Notes: generated from the sequence alone by a model not told the origin. 64,000 bases of DNA from Oscillospiraceae bacterium (GCA_021199335.1 JAJQIG010000038.1:1298-65297), one strand, 5' to 3'; shown: positions 30,316 to 41,304, counted from the stretch's first letter. Made by a program: numbers and translations.

Positions 30316-31440
30316 ATGAGCATCAATAAAAAAGTATTGGGACTTATTTTCTCAAATATGCATGATAATACTATTTCTGACCTTACAAAGGAGAGAACAA
30401 TGGGCAGCGTCCTTTTCGGCGGACGCTACAGACTTATTGACTTTCCTCTTTCCAATATGGTTAACAGCGGAATAGACGAGGTCGGAGTTATTACAAAGTC
30501 GAATTACCAGTCGCTCCTCGATCACCTTGGCTCGGGACGTGAGTGGGATCTTGCAAGCAAAAACGGCGGACTTCATCTGCTTCCCCCATTCAGCCACGTT
30601 TCCAGCGGTATGTACAGGGGCAGACTTGAGGCTCTTTACGGCGTATGGGATTTCATAAAGACATCGGCAGCGGATTATGTGGTTCTTTCGGACTGCGACG
30701 TCGTTGCAAATATTGATTTTGCGGCGATTGTTGATTCGCACATCGCCTCGGGCGCAGATATTACCGCAGTTTATGCAAAGGATGTCCTTACTGCGGAGCA
30801 GGCTCAGAAGGCTACCGTTTTCGGAATCAATGATGACGGCCGTGTTGTTAATGTTCTCACAAATCCATACATAAGCGGCGCTTGCAACGTTTCGCTTAAT
30901 ATGTTTGTTCTTTCAAAGGAGTTCCTTAAAAATATAGTTCTTGAAGCGCGTTCAAGGGGACTTGTAAGCTTTGAAAAGGATATTCTTCAGGCAAGAACCC
31001 ACGATTACAAGATTATGGCATACCGCTTTGACGGATATTTCAGCAGAATTTGTTCAATGGATACGTTCTACAAGGCAAATATGAACCTGCTTAATACCAC
31101 TAACAGAGATAAGCTGTTTATCCAAAATCGTCCTATTTACACAAAGGTTAGAGATAACCCTCCCGCAAAATTTGCAATCGGGGCAAAGGTTACAAACTCC
31201 CTTATCGGTGACGGATGCATTATTGAGGGTACGGTTGAAAATTCTGTCCTTTTCAGAGGTGTTAAGGTCGGTAAGGGTGCCGTTATCAAGAATTCTATTC
31301 TTATGCAGGACACAAATGTTGGCAGCAAGTGTGAAATAAGCTGTGTTATCTCCGATAAAAATGTTAAGATAAACGATATGCGTATGCTTACAGGCTCGCA
31401 GAATTATCCTTTGTATCTTGGCAAGGGTGCTGTTATCTAA
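30316..31440 (+). CDS. glgD: Glucose-1-phosphate adenylyltransferase regulatory subunit GlgD
   Basis: A glgC paralogue lacking the GGxGxRL motif; Firmicute glgC-glgD arrangement. Confidence 0.85.
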   Translation: MSINKKVLGLIFSNMHDNTISDLTKERTMGSVLFGGRYRLIDFPLSNMVNSGIDEVGVITKSNYQSLLDHLGSGREWDLASKNGGLHLLPPFSHVSSGMYRGRLEALYGVWDFIKTSAADYVVLSDCDVVANIDFAAIVDSHIASGADITAVYAKDVLTAEQAQKATVFGINDDGRVVNVLTNPYISGACNVSLNMFVLSKEFLKNIVLEARSRGLVSFEKDILQARTHDYKIMAYRFDGYFSRICSMDTFYKANMNLLNTTNRDKLFIQNRPIYTKVRDNPPAKFAIGAKVTNSLIGDGCIIEGTVENSVLFRGVKVGKGAVIKNSILMQDTNVGSKCEISCVISDKNVKINDMRMLTGSQNYPLYLGKGAVI

Positions 31441-31652
31441 TATCAAACCTCCGCCCCTAAACTTTAGCTTAGCTGAGTTTAGCGGCGGCTTGCCGCATTA
31501 AACGGAGGGACAACCCCTAATTCAGCAATGTACTCACTTAAACAATGCGAAAATTGAACGCCGAAAGGTGCGATTATCCGGCATTTCTTTTCTGCTGCAG
31601 GATATATCGTCAGTTTTTGAACAAAATTTATTGAAGGGATTTGGTTGATACA

Positions 31653-33074
31653 ATGAAAATTTTATATGCCGCTTCGGAAGCTATCCCATATGCCGCATCG
31701 GGCGGACTTGCAGATGTTGCAGGTTCTCTTCCCCCCGCACTTGCAAGGGCAGGTCATGACGCAAGAGTTGTTCTGCCGCTTTATAAAAACGTTAAGCCCG
31801 AACTGCGAAACGGACTTGAATTTATGACAAATTTCACCGTTGATGTAGGCTGGAGAAAGCAGTACTGCGGTGTTTTCAAAGGATATATAAACGGCGTGAC
31901 ATACTATCTTCTCGATAATGAATATTACTTCGGCAGGGATGGACTCTACGGCTTCTATGATGACTGCGAGCGTTTTGTTTTCCTTTCAAGGGCAATTATG
32001 GAAATGCTCAAATACATCGACTGGATGCCTGATGTTATAAACTGCAACGACTGGCAGACAGCCCTTGTCCCTGTTTATTACAACATCTTCTATAAATACC
32101 AGTTCGGATATGACAACATCAAAACGGTGTTCACTATCCATAACATTCAGTATCAGGGCAAGTATGGCATGGAGGTTCTTAACGAGGTTCTCGGAATCCC
32201 TATGTACCACACAAAGCTGCTTGAATATGACGGCTGCGTAAACCTTATGAAAGCAGCTTTTGAAACTGCGGATAAGATTACAACCGTATCCCCGAGCTAT
32301 GCGTGGGAAATTCTTGACCCGTGGTATTCACACGGTCTTGATAGGGCGCTTGCCAATAAGCAGTATAAGCTCTGCGGATTCCTTAACGGGATCGATACAA
32401 AGCTTTATGACCCCGCAACAGATCCCCTTATTGTAAAGAACTTCACTGTAAAGAATACAAAGGGCAAGGCTGAATGCAAAAAAGCGCTTCTTTCGGAGCT
32501 TGGACTCCAGGAGGGCGATGAGCCTGTTATTGGCATTGTAACAAGATTTGTTTCACATAAGGGAATTGACCTTATCAAGTATGTTTTCGAGGATATGCTC
32601 AGCTTGGGCTGCAAGTTTACCATTGTTGGTTCGGGAGAAAAAATCTACGAGGATTTCTTCAGAGAAATGGCATGGAGGCACCCCGACAGAGTAAGCACAA
32701 CCATTGGATTTATCCCCGACCTTGCAAGAAGAATTTATTCGGGTGTTGATATGTTCCTTATGCCGTCGCAAAGCGAGCCGTGTGGACTTGCGCAGATGAT
32801 TTCTCTTCGTTACGGTACAATTCCCATCGTCCGTGAAACGGGCGGTCTTCGTGACAGCATCAAGGATGCGGGAAACGATGACGGAAACGGCTTTACGTTT
32901 AAGACATACAACGCACATGATATGCTCGATGCGGTAAGACGCGCAAAGGATGCTTATTATGACAAGGGTCGCTGGAAGTGCATTATGAAGACAGCAATGA
33001 CTACGGACTGCAGCTGGGATACCTCGGCAGAGCTTTATCTGGGACTTTACAGAGAGCTTGTCGGCGACAGATAA
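31653..33074 (+). CDS. glgA: Glycogen synthase
   Basis: MKILYAASEAIPYAASGGLADV...; GT5 family. Confidence 0.9.
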   Translation: MKILYAASEAIPYAASGGLADVAGSLPPALARAGHDARVVLPLYKNVKPELRNGLEFMTNFTVDVGWRKQYCGVFKGYINGVTYYLLDNEYYFGRDGLYGFYDDCERFVFLSRAIMEMLKYIDWMPDVINCNDWQTALVPVYYNIFYKYQFGYDNIKTVFTIHNIQYQGKYGMEVLNEVLGIPMYHTKLLEYDGCVNLMKAAFETADKITTVSPSYAWEILDPWYSHGLDRALANKQYKLCGFLNGIDTKLYDPATDPLIVKNFTVKNTKGKAECKKALLSELGLQEGDEPVIGIVTRFVSHKGIDLIKYVFEDMLSLGCKFTIVGSGEKIYEDFFREMAWRHPDRVSTTIGFIPDLARRIYSGVDMFLMPSQSEPCGLAQMISLRYGTIPIVRETGGLRDSIKDAGNDDGNGFTFKTYNAHDMLDAVRRAKDAYYDKGRWKCIMKTAMTTDCSWDTSAELYLGLYRELVGDR

Positions 33075-33092
33075 GAATCAAATAAAAATGAT

Positions 33093-33130
33093 GCTGTCCT
33101 CCGCCTTAGGGTGGGGGACAGCTTTAAATT
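33093..33130 (+). terminator. Terminator after glgA
   Basis: GCTGTCCTCCGCC...GGTGGGGGACAGC followed by TTTAAATTT. Confidence 0.6.
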
Positions 33131-33134
33131 TGGT

Positions 33135-33177
33135 AAAAAAGCAGGACTGCCGCAAAACAAGATGTGCGGCAGTCCTG
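33135..33177 (-). terminator. Terminator of the minus-strand ABC exporter operon
   Basis: 12-bp stem CAGGACTGCCGC/GCGGCAGTCCTG followed by T6 on the minus strand. Confidence 0.8.
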
Positions 33178-33219
33178 TTAAATGTTAAAGAGTCTGATTG
33201 CGCAAAGACGGTTTTAAAT

Positions 33220-34995
33220 TTATTCGCGGTGGCTTGCCGTTTGTTCAAACTGGGAATTGTAGAGTACGGAGTAAAATCCGCCCTTTTCAAGAAGCTCCTC
33301 ATGATTGCCCTGTTCAATAATATTTCCGTCCTTCATAACAAGTATAAGGTCGGCATCCTTTATGGTGGAAAGACGATGAGCAATAATGAAGCTTGTTCTG
33401 CCCTTCATAAGCTTTGCAAAGGCTTTTTGTATACGCTGCTCCGTCATGGTGTCAATGCTTGAGGTTGCTTCGTCAAGAATGAGCATCGGAGGGTCGGTGA
33501 GCATTATTCTTGAAATGGAAAGAAGCTGTTTTTGACCCTGCGAAAGGTTTCCGCCGTCCTCCGAAAGCATGGTATCATAGCCGTTCTCAAGCCTTTTTAT
33601 AAAGCTATGGGCGTGAGCCATTGAAGCCGCTTCCCTTATCTCATCATCGGGGGCTTCGGGGCGGCCGTATGCAATATTTTCCCCCACTGAGCCTGTGAAA
33701 ATCCATGTATCCTGCAGAACCATTCCGTAAAGGCTGCGGAGATTTTCCCGCTTCATATTCTTGATATTAATTCCGTCAATAAGAATTTCTCCTTCGGTAA
33801 CATCATAGAAACGCATAAGCAGATTAATAAAGGTGGTTTTTCCGCAGCCTGTCGGACCGACAATTGCAATCTTTTGACCCGACTTGACGGAGAGATTGAG
33901 ATTCTGTATAAGCGGAGTATCGGGGCTGTAGGAAAATGATACATTCTTTATTTCGATATTGCCCTTGCTGTCGGTAACCTCAAGACCGTTTTCATCCGAG
34001 GCTTCGGGTTCCTCATCAAGAATGTCGAAAACTCGCCTTGCTGATGCAAATGCAGATTGAAGCTCGGTGATAACTCCTGTAATTTCATTGAACGGCTTTG
34101 TGTACTGATTTGCGTAGCTGAGAAACGTTGCAATCTGTCCGACCGTCATAGCGGATGTTCCCGAAAGAACGGAAATCGCACCGAATACACCCGTTGCGGC
34201 GTAAACAAGACCGTTAACAAAGCGTGTGCTCGGGTTTGTAAGGGCGGAATAAAACTGAGCCTTTAATCCGCAGACATATAACCGCCCGTTTATTTCCTCA
34301 AATTTTTCCTGCGCACGTTCCTCATATGAGAAAGCCTGAACTATTTTTTGATTGCCGACAAGCTCTTCGATGCAGCCGCTGAGCTCACCTTGAACAGCGG
34401 AGCGTTCACGAAATTTGTCGTGCGAAATTTTGGTGATAAATGCAGCCACGAAAAGCGAAAGCGGGGTTATAAAAATTACAACAAGAGCAATTTTAAAGTT
34501 AATGCTTAGCATAAAAATTATTGTTCCCGCAATGGTTACTATTCCTGTGAAAAATTGCGAGAAGCCTTGGAGCATACCGTCGGAAATTTGCTCTATATCA
34601 ACCGTAACTCGCCCGATAATGTCACCACGCGAGCTGCTGTCAATATATTTGAGCGGGAGAGAGTTAATCTTTGCATAAACCTGACGGCGGAGATCGTTAA
34701 CGGTGTGGTATGAAACGGTATTTGTGCATACCGTCATTATCCATGTAAAGAAAGCGGACAGCAGAACGACTGCGCAAAGCTTTATTACAACGGGAAGGAG
34801 CGAATCGAAATCAACATCGCCCTTGCCGATTATGAAATCAACGCCCTTGCCGACAAGAACGGGCGCATAAAGAGTCATTGCAACGCTTATTACAGCCGCA
34901 ATAAAGGAGAGAATAAGAAAGCCGAGATACGGCTTTGTGTAGGAAAGCATACGCCTTAAAATTGGCTTTTTGTCGGGGGAAGTATTATTTTTCAT
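33220..34995 (-). CDS. ABC exporter, fused permease/ATPase (MsbA/MDR-type)
   Basis: Six-TM domain plus GPTGCGKTT, LSQGQKQLL and ILDEATS. Confidence 0.85.
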   Translation of the reverse strand: MKNNTSPDKKPILRRMLSYTKPYLGFLILSFIAAVISVAMTLYAPVLVGKGVDFIIGKGDVDFDSLLPVVIKLCAVVLLSAFFTWIMTVCTNTVSYHTVNDLRRQVYAKINSLPLKYIDSSSRGDIIGRVTVDIEQISDGMLQGFSQFFTGIVTIAGTIIFMLSINFKIALVVIFITPLSLFVAAFITKISHDKFRERSAVQGELSGCIEELVGNQKIVQAFSYEERAQEKFEEINGRLYVCGLKAQFYSALTNPSTRFVNGLVYAATGVFGAISVLSGTSAMTVGQIATFLSYANQYTKPFNEITGVITELQSAFASARRVFDILDEEPEASDENGLEVTDSKGNIEIKNVSFSYSPDTPLIQNLNLSVKSGQKIAIVGPTGCGKTTFINLLMRFYDVTEGEILIDGINIKNMKRENLRSLYGMVLQDTWIFTGSVGENIAYGRPEAPDDEIREAASMAHAHSFIKRLENGYDTMLSEDGGNLSQGQKQLLSISRIMLTDPPMLILDEATSSIDTMTEQRIQKAFAKLMKGRTSFIIAHRLSTIKDADLILVMKDGNIIEQGNHEELLEKGGFYSVLYNSQFEQTASHRE

Positions 34996-36728
34996 TACTT
35001 CTCAACCTCCTCTTTGCTAAGCTGTGAATAGCAAATTTCACGGTAAACCTCGCAGCCTTCGAGCAGCTCCTTGTGGGTTCCCATGCCAACCTGCTTTCCA
35101 TCGTCAAGGACGATGATTTTATCAGCTTGACGGATTGAATTTGCTCTTTGCGATACGATAAAGACGGTCATATTTTCCGTGTCCTGCGCAATTGCTTTTC
35201 TCAGCGCCGCATCGGTTGCAAAGTCGAGGGCGGATGCGCTGTCGTCAAGGATAAGAACTTCGGGCTTGGAAACAAGCGCCCTTGCAATTGTAAGACGCTG
35301 CTTTTGACCGCCCGAAAGGTTCTTTCCTCCTTGACTTATCTTAGTATTCAAGCCGTCATGAAGCCTGTTTACGAACTCCTCCGCTTGTGCGGTCTTTATT
35401 GCGGCATAAATTTCATCATCTGTGGCGTCCTGCTTGCCCCAACGCATATTTTCCGCAACCGTTCCCGAGAAAAGAACAGCCTTTTGCGGAACAATGCCGA
35501 TTTTGTTTCTCAGTATGTTGAAGTCATAAGCCCTGACATCCGTGCCGTTTACGGTTATGCTTCCCTCGGTTACATCGTAAAAGCGTGGGATAAGGTTTAC
35601 AAGGGTGGATTTGCCCGAGCCTGTTCCGCCGATAATGCCTATGGTTTCGCCCTTTTTGGCGGTGAAGGTTATGCCCTCGAGAGCGTGTTCGCCCGAGCTG
35701 TTGTAGGAAAACGAAACATTGTCGAACCTTACAGCATCGCTGTCGTTGCCGCCGCCCATGTAATCGCCGTTTTTAAGCGACGGCTCAATGTCAAGCACCT
35801 CGTTAATTCTTACGGAGGAAGCGGCTGCTTTTGTGAAAAGCACAACAAGGTTTGCAACAACAACAAGCGCAAGTGAAATCTGCGTCATATAGTTTACAAA
35901 TGCAATAACCTCGCCCTGTGTGAGGTCGCCGACATTTACTCTAAATCCTCCGAACCAAACAACGGCGGCTATCGCAAGGTTAAGCACAGCGTAGGTAAGC
36001 GGATTAAGCAATGCGGAAAGCCTTCCGACACTCAGTGAAATGCGGAGATACTCGTCATTTGCTTCGTCAAAGCGTTTTTGTTCGGTTTCCTGGCGTGAAA
36101 AGGCACGGATAACCCTTACGCCGGAAAGTCCTTCCCTTGTAACAAGAGAAATGCGGTCGAGCTTTTTTTGGATAACCTTGTAATACTTTATTGAGCGTGA
36201 CATAATAAGGTAGAGTATAAGAACAACGGCGGGAATAACAACAACGAAAATAAGCGACAGCTTAGCATCAATGCTGAGCGCCATAATCGCCGAGCCTATT
36301 ACAATAAAAGGGGCGCGTACAACGAGTCGAATGTACATCGCCACTGCCTGCTGAACCTGATTTATGTCGTTTGTAAGCCTTGTAATAAGCGAGGGAGTGC
36401 CAAGCTTGTCAAGCTCCGCATAGGAAAGTCTGTTGATATGGCGGAACATATCATTTCTCATAACCGTTCCGACACTTTGCGATGCCTTTGAAGCGAGATA
36501 TTGGCAGATAAGTGCGGAAATAAGTCCGAGAACACCGAGAAGAACAAGCAGCCCGCCCATTTTGTAGATGTAGGGCTTTCCTTCGCCGCCGTTTATTCCC
36601 TTGTCGACAATCGCCGCCATTATAAGCGGAACAATGACCTCAAAGATTGCTTCGATAAGCTTTGAGGTTTGACCGATAATAATTTCCTTTTTTACTGCGC
36701 CAAGATAGCGCCGAGCAAGTTTGAACAT
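34995..36728 (-). CDS. ABC exporter, fused permease/ATPase; partner of the preceding gene
   Basis: GGTGSGKST, LSGGQKQRL and ILDDSAS. Its stop overlaps the partner start. Confidence 0.85.
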   Translation of the reverse strand: MFKLARRYLGAVKKEIIIGQTSKLIEAIFEVIVPLIMAAIVDKGINGGEGKPYIYKMGGLLVLLGVLGLISALICQYLASKASQSVGTVMRNDMFRHINRLSYAELDKLGTPSLITRLTNDINQVQQAVAMYIRLVVRAPFIVIGSAIMALSIDAKLSLIFVVVIPAVVLILYLIMSRSIKYYKVIQKKLDRISLVTREGLSGVRVIRAFSRQETEQKRFDEANDEYLRISLSVGRLSALLNPLTYAVLNLAIAAVVWFGGFRVNVGDLTQGEVIAFVNYMTQISLALVVVANLVVLFTKAAASSVRINEVLDIEPSLKNGDYMGGGNDSDAVRFDNVSFSYNSSGEHALEGITFTAKKGETIGIIGGTGSGKSTLVNLIPRFYDVTEGSITVNGTDVRAYDFNILRNKIGIVPQKAVLFSGTVAENMRWGKQDATDDEIYAAIKTAQAEEFVNRLHDGLNTKISQGGKNLSGGQKQRLTIARALVSKPEVLILDDSASALDFATDAALRKAIAQDTENMTVFIVSQRANSIRQADKIIVLDDGKQVGMGTHKELLEGCEVYREICYSQLSKEEVEK

Positions 36729-37229
36729 TTAATCATCTCCGTTTTTTCCCTCGGCGGAATTTTCATTTTCAGCCTTCTTCGATTTTGAGAAAACAAAAAA
36801 TCTGCTGAAAAGATAATTTGCAATGAGTACAAAAATCTGTGCTATCAGTTTCATTAAGTAGGTGTTCAGCCGCAGTACATCAACCGTAAGCAGCATAAAT
36901 CCCAATTCAAGAAAATATGAAACAAGCCTTGCGCCGTAGAATGAAAAAAATTCCTTCATAAAGAGCTTCCTTTCAAAGCTGCCGCTCTTGAATACATACA
37001 GCTTGTTCGTAAAGAAAGCAAAGGTTACCGCGCAGACCCATGAAATCGTTGTGGAAAGAGCCGTCCCCGCGCCGAGCCACACTGCAATATACTGCGATGC
37101 AATCGAAACAATCGTTGTAAGTCCGCCGAAGAATATATAAAGTATCGCCGATTCATATTTATAGTATAGCTTTTGCAGTTTTTCGGGAAGAATCCCTACT
37201 ATTTTTTTTATAAATCCATCAAACATCAT
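36729..37229 (-). CDS. GtrA-family membrane protein
   Basis: Four-TM small protein with a GtrA-like pattern (YLFSRFFVF). Confidence 0.6.
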   Translation of the reverse strand: MMFDGFIKKIVGILPEKLQKLYYKYESAILYIFFGGLTTIVSIASQYIAVWLGAGTALSTTISWVCAVTFAFFTNKLYVFKSGSFERKLFMKEFFSFYGARLVSYFLELGFMLLTVDVLRLNTYLMKLIAQIFVLIANYLFSRFFVFSKSKKAENENSAEGKNGDD

Positions 37230-37417
37230 AACTCCCCTTAGAAAAATACCGAATTTCAGCTTTTAAATTATACCACAACGTTTAAAATAATGTATTAAGA
37301 AAGAATGATTTTCTATTAATAAAGCCTTAATGCCCTTGCAATTTTGGAGAGGATATGTTATCATTAGCTGTATAAAGGTTGAAAGAATCATAGTAATTGT
37401 TGAAAGGATAATTTATT

Positions 37418-38701
37418 GTGGACAGTACAGCCGTCAGTATTCTGACAATTATAATTCTTATAGCATTGTCGGCAGCGTTTTCATCAATGGAAACCGCCAT
37501 TTCCTCGGCGAGCAAAATCCGCCTCAAGCACAACGCCGCAAACGGAGATAAAAAATCGGCAAGGGCGCTCAGACTTGCGGAAAATTTTAATAAGACCATC
37601 ACTACAATTTTGATAGGAAATAATATTGTAAATATACTTCTCTCCTCATTGGGTACTGTTTTTTTTACAAAGCTGTTCGGGGCATCGGGAGTTGCGATTT
37701 CGACGGTTGTAATAACGATTTTGGTGCTTATATTCGGGGAGATTCTTCCCAAATCCATCGCAAAACAAAACTCCGAGAAGCTTGCGCTTGCAAGCTCGGG
37801 GATTCTTAGCGGCGTTTGCTGGCTGTTTACCCCCATTTCCGTTATTTTTATGCAGCTCCAAAAGGCGGCTTCGCATTTGTTTAGGTCGAATACCGATTCG
37901 CCAAGTGTAACGGAGGACGAGCTTAAATATATTATCGAAGAAATCGAGGATGAGGGCGTCCTTGAGGAAAAGGAAAGCGACCTTGTTCGTTCCGCCCTTG
38001 AATTTGACGACACAACCGCAAAGGAAATCCTTATACCGAGGGTAAAGGTTGTTGCGGTTGAAGCGTCGGACGATACGGATAAAATACTTCAATTGTTCCT
38101 GAACGAGCGATATACCCGCCTGCCTGTTTATGAAAACAGTATTGACAATGTTATCGGATTTATTACCGACAAGGATTTCTTCGCCATGCTTTATACGAGC
38201 GGAGATAACCATCCGCCGACCGTGGAAAGGATTATTCAGAAAGCCATCTATATTTCGGAATCAAAGCTCATTTCGGAGGTTTTGTACGAAATGCAGCGCT
38301 CGAAAATCCATATGGCGATAGTTAAGGACGAATATGGCGGAACGAGCGGCATTATTACAATGGAGGATATTATCGAGGAGCTTGTCGGCGAAATTTATGA
38401 TGAAAACGATGAGGTTATACAGTCCATTGTAAAGGTCGGCACAAATATGTATGAAATAATGGCGGATTTAAGCCTTTCGGATATGATTTTTAGGCTTGAG
38501 CTTCCCGACAATATTATTGAGAGCGAGAGCAATACGGTCGGCGGCTGGACTACCGAGCTTTTTGGCTGCATCCCCGAAAAGGGAAGCGTAACAAAGAACG
38601 GAATTTTCACCGTCACAGTGCTTGACAGCGACGACCGAAGCGTTGGAAAAATCGGGCTTAAAATTGATATGCCCGAACTGGGAAATTCAGAACAGGGGTA
38701 A
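37418..38701 (+). CDS. CNNM/TlyC-family transporter (DUF21-CBS-CorC)
   Basis: Begins with the DUF21 N-terminus ...[15 protein letters not shown], then a CBS pair, then a CorC C-terminal domain. GTG start. Confidence 0.8.
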   Translation: MDSTAVSILTIIILIALSAAFSSMETAISSASKIRLKHNAANGDKKSARALRLAENFNKTITTILIGNNIVNILLSSLGTVFFTKLFGASGVAISTVVITILVLIFGEILPKSIAKQNSEKLALASSGILSGVCWLFTPISVIFMQLQKAASHLFRSNTDSPSVTEDELKYIIEEIEDEGVLEEKESDLVRSALEFDDTTAKEILIPRVKVVAVEASDDTDKILQLFLNERYTRLPVYENSIDNVIGFITDKDFFAMLYTSGDNHPPTVERIIQKAIYISESKLISEVLYEMQRSKIHMAIVKDEYGGTSGIITMEDIIEELVGEIYDENDEVIQSIVKVGTNMYEIMADLSLSDMIFRLELPDNIIESESNTVGGWTTELFGCIPEKGSVTKNGIFTVTVLDSDDRSVGKIGLKIDMPELGNSEQG

Positions 38702-38723
38702 GGTAAGTTCGGAAATTTGTAAA

Positions 38724-38768
38724 AAAGTCGGGGTTTTTAAGTAAAAAAAATCCCGACTTTTATTTTTT
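38724..38768 (+). terminator. Rho-independent terminator
   Basis: AAAGTCGGG...CCCGACTTT followed by TATTTTTT. Confidence 0.7.
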
Positions 38769-38944
38769 GTTCCATAAAATCGTTAAAATGCACAATAAAA
38801 CGCTTTCAAATTTAAAATATTTGTAAAAAATAGTGATTTACCATTGCAATCAATAGCAAAATGATATATAATATTATTTGTGAACAAATTGAAATTTGTT
38901 TAGTTTTAACAGCGTAATTCACACAGATTGGAGTGTACCCACTT

Positions 38945-41029
38945 ATGAAACGTTTTGGAGCTGAAAATATCAAAAATATTGCCATTACAGGACATTCAGG
39001 TTCGGGCAAAACATCATTGGCGGAGGCTCTGCTTTTTAAGGCAGGAGCAACCGATCGCCTTGGCAATACTGCCGATGGTACCGCCGTGTGCGATTTTGAT
39101 CCCGAGGAAATTAAGCGTAAGGCTTCGCTGAATATGGCGCTTGCCTCCTTTGAATATAACAATATAAAGGTAAATCTTTTGGATACCCCCGGCCTTTTTG
39201 ATTTTGCGGGCGGTATGTATGAGGGCGTTTCCGCCGCAGGTACGGTTATGATTACCGTTTCCGCCAAATCGGGAGTAAAGGTCGGCACGGAGAAGGCGTA
39301 TGAGCTTGCGGGCGAGATGGGAAAGCCGACAATGTTCGTTATTACAAAGGTTGACGACCCGGATGCGAACTATTTTAACGTCCTTACCGAGCTTAAAACC
39401 AAGTTCGGCCCGACTGTCTGCCCCGTTGTGTTCCCGATTATAAAGGATCATAAGGTTGTTTCCTTTGTAAACCTTATTGAAATGAAAGCATATACTTACG
39501 ATGTAAACGGAAATGCTGTTGAAACCGAGATGCCCACGGCTGAGATTTCAGAAAAGCTGGAATACCGTATGGACGGTCTTGTAGCGGCTTTTTCGGAGGC
39601 GGTTGCCGAAACCGATGAGGAGCTTATGGAGAAGTTCTTTGAGGGAGAGGCCTTCACCCAAAAGGAGCTTGTTCATGGTCTTCATAAGGGTATGAACGAG
39701 GGCATTATTACACCTGTTGTTTGCTGTTCATCCACAACAACCGCAGGGGTTGACATGATTCTTAAGGAAATTGAACTGCTTCTTCCCGCACCGTGCGATA
39801 ACAAGCCGCTTACTGCGGAAACTGCTTCGGGGGATATTATCGAGGTTGACTACAAGGATTCCGACCTTATGTCGGCATATGTTTTTAAGACGGTTGCAGA
39901 TCCGTTTGTCGGAAAAATGTCCTACATTAAGGTTGTAAGCGGCATTCTTAAATCGAATACGGATTATGTAAACTCCACAACGGGCAATCCCGAGAAGGTG
40001 GGTAAGCTCTATACCCTTTTGGGCAAAAAGCAGACGGAGATTTCCGAAGCCGCTGCAGGTGATATTGCGGTTGCCGTTAAGATTTCCGCAAATACATCAG
40101 ACACAATATGCGACTCCGCAAGAAGCCTTACGATTCCTGCGGTCAACTTCCCCAAGCCATGCTACGGAATGGCTGTTCACGCTAAATCGCAGGGCGATGA
40201 GGGAAAGGTCGGAGCCGGTATCCAGCGCCTTATAGAGGAGGATAAAACCCTCAGCTATGAGCTTAATCCTCTAACTAAGGAGCAGGTTCTTAAAGGACTT
40301 GGCGAGCAGCACCTTGAAAATGCCGTTGCAAAGCTCAAATCAAAGTTCGGCACGGATGTTGTTCTAACCGACCCCAAAATTGCTTACAGGGAAACAATCC
40401 GCAAAAAAGTTAAGGCGGAGGGAAAATATAAGAAACAGACGGGCGGTCACGGACAGTATGGCCACGTTTGGATTGAGTTTGAACCGTGTCTTTCCGATGG
40501 ACTTGTGTTTGAGGAAAAGGTGTTCGGAGGAGCCGTTCCCAAGAATTTCTTCCCCGCAGTTGAAAAGGGACTTCAGGACTGTATAAAGAAAGGCGTTTTG
40601 GCGGGCTGCCCCGTAACAGGACTCAAGGCGATTCTTGTGGATGGTTCGTATCACCCCGTTGACAGCTCGGAAATGGCATTCAAGACGGCTGCATCCCTTG
40701 CGTATAAGGAGGGCTTAAAGCAGGCTGACCCCACTATTCTTGAACCGATAGGCAAGCTTTTCGTAAAGGCTCCCGATGAGAATACAGGCGACATTATGGG
40801 CGACCTTAACAAGCGCCGCGGAAGAGTTGTCGGAATGAATCCCGTTAAAAAGGGAGTTACCGAAATTGAAGCCGAGGTTCCGATGCGTGAAATGCAGAGC
40901 TTTACAATGCAGCTTCGTCAGATTACAAGAGGAAAAGGAAGCTTTACCTTTGATTTCCTCAGATACGAGCAGCTTCCGGGTAATCTTGTAAGCGATGTTA
41001 TCCTTAGTGTTGACAATTCTAACGAATAA
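38945..41029 (+). CDS. Elongation factor G paralogue (EF-G2-like translational GTPase)
   Basis: NIAITGHSGSGKTSL, DTPG; five-domain length of 694 aa. It stands alone, not in a str operon. Confidence 0.8.
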   Translation: MKRFGAENIKNIAITGHSGSGKTSLAEALLFKAGATDRLGNTADGTAVCDFDPEEIKRKASLNMALASFEYNNIKVNLLDTPGLFDFAGGMYEGVSAAGTVMITVSAKSGVKVGTEKAYELAGEMGKPTMFVITKVDDPDANYFNVLTELKTKFGPTVCPVVFPIIKDHKVVSFVNLIEMKAYTYDVNGNAVETEMPTAEISEKLEYRMDGLVAAFSEAVAETDEELMEKFFEGEAFTQKELVHGLHKGMNEGIITPVVCCSSTTTAGVDMILKEIELLLPAPCDNKPLTAETASGDIIEVDYKDSDLMSAYVFKTVADPFVGKMSYIKVVSGILKSNTDYVNSTTGNPEKVGKLYTLLGKKQTEISEAAAGDIAVAVKISANTSDTICDSARSLTIPAVNFPKPCYGMAVHAKSQGDEGKVGAGIQRLIEEDKTLSYELNPLTKEQVLKGLGEQHLENAVAKLKSKFGTDVVLTDPKIAYRETIRKKVKAEGKYKKQTGGHGQYGHVWIEFEPCLSDGLVFEEKVFGGAVPKNFFPAVEKGLQDCIKKGVLAGCPVTGLKAILVDGSYHPVDSSEMAFKTAASLAYKEGLKQADPTILEPIGKLFVKAPDENTGDIMGDLNKRRGRVVGMNPVKKGVTEIEAEVPMREMQSFTMQLRQITRGKGSFTFDFLRYEQLPGNLVSDVILSVDNSNE

Positions 41030-41040
41030 TGAATAAAAAA

Positions 41041-41080
41041 TTTGTCAATATGTATTTTAAAAACATATTGACAAATTTTA
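41041..41080 (+). terminator. AT-rich perfect 13-bp hairpin terminator
   Basis: TTTGTCAATATGT...ACATATTGACAAA followed by TTTTA. Confidence 0.55.
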
Positions 41081-41172
41081 GCTGTTATAATACAATATAT
41101 ATTGTATGGTTGTGATGAAAGGAATTTCAGCACAGGCAGCAATGATTTCCTTTGCTCCTATGGCGATGGGAT

Positions 41173-41304
41173 AAATTGCCGAGAAGAAAATTGGCGGCAG
41201 CGGTGGGCGGAGAAAAGCGATATCCCCGCTGACACAGGTTCAATCCATTTGCGCATAACTGCACATATACCATGTTTCAATAATATGCCGAGCGTGGATT
41301 GGGA
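41173..41304 (+). repeat. Copy C (divergent) of the dispersed element
   Basis: Shares AATTGCCGAGAAG, GCAGCGGTGGGCGGAGAAAA and GCCGAGCGTGGATTGGGAT. The central part is unrelated to copies A and B. Confidence 0.5.

Noticed and set aside
35148-35876. Long antisense ORFs. These are 35148-35876 (+), 37327-38013 (-), 56504-57301 (-), 24797-25333 (-), 2727-3317 (-), 49618-50145 (+) and 19592-20116 (-)
   Set aside because: Each lies wholly inside a strongly supported gene on the other strand and has a low-complexity or odd composition. They are treated as shadow ORFs.
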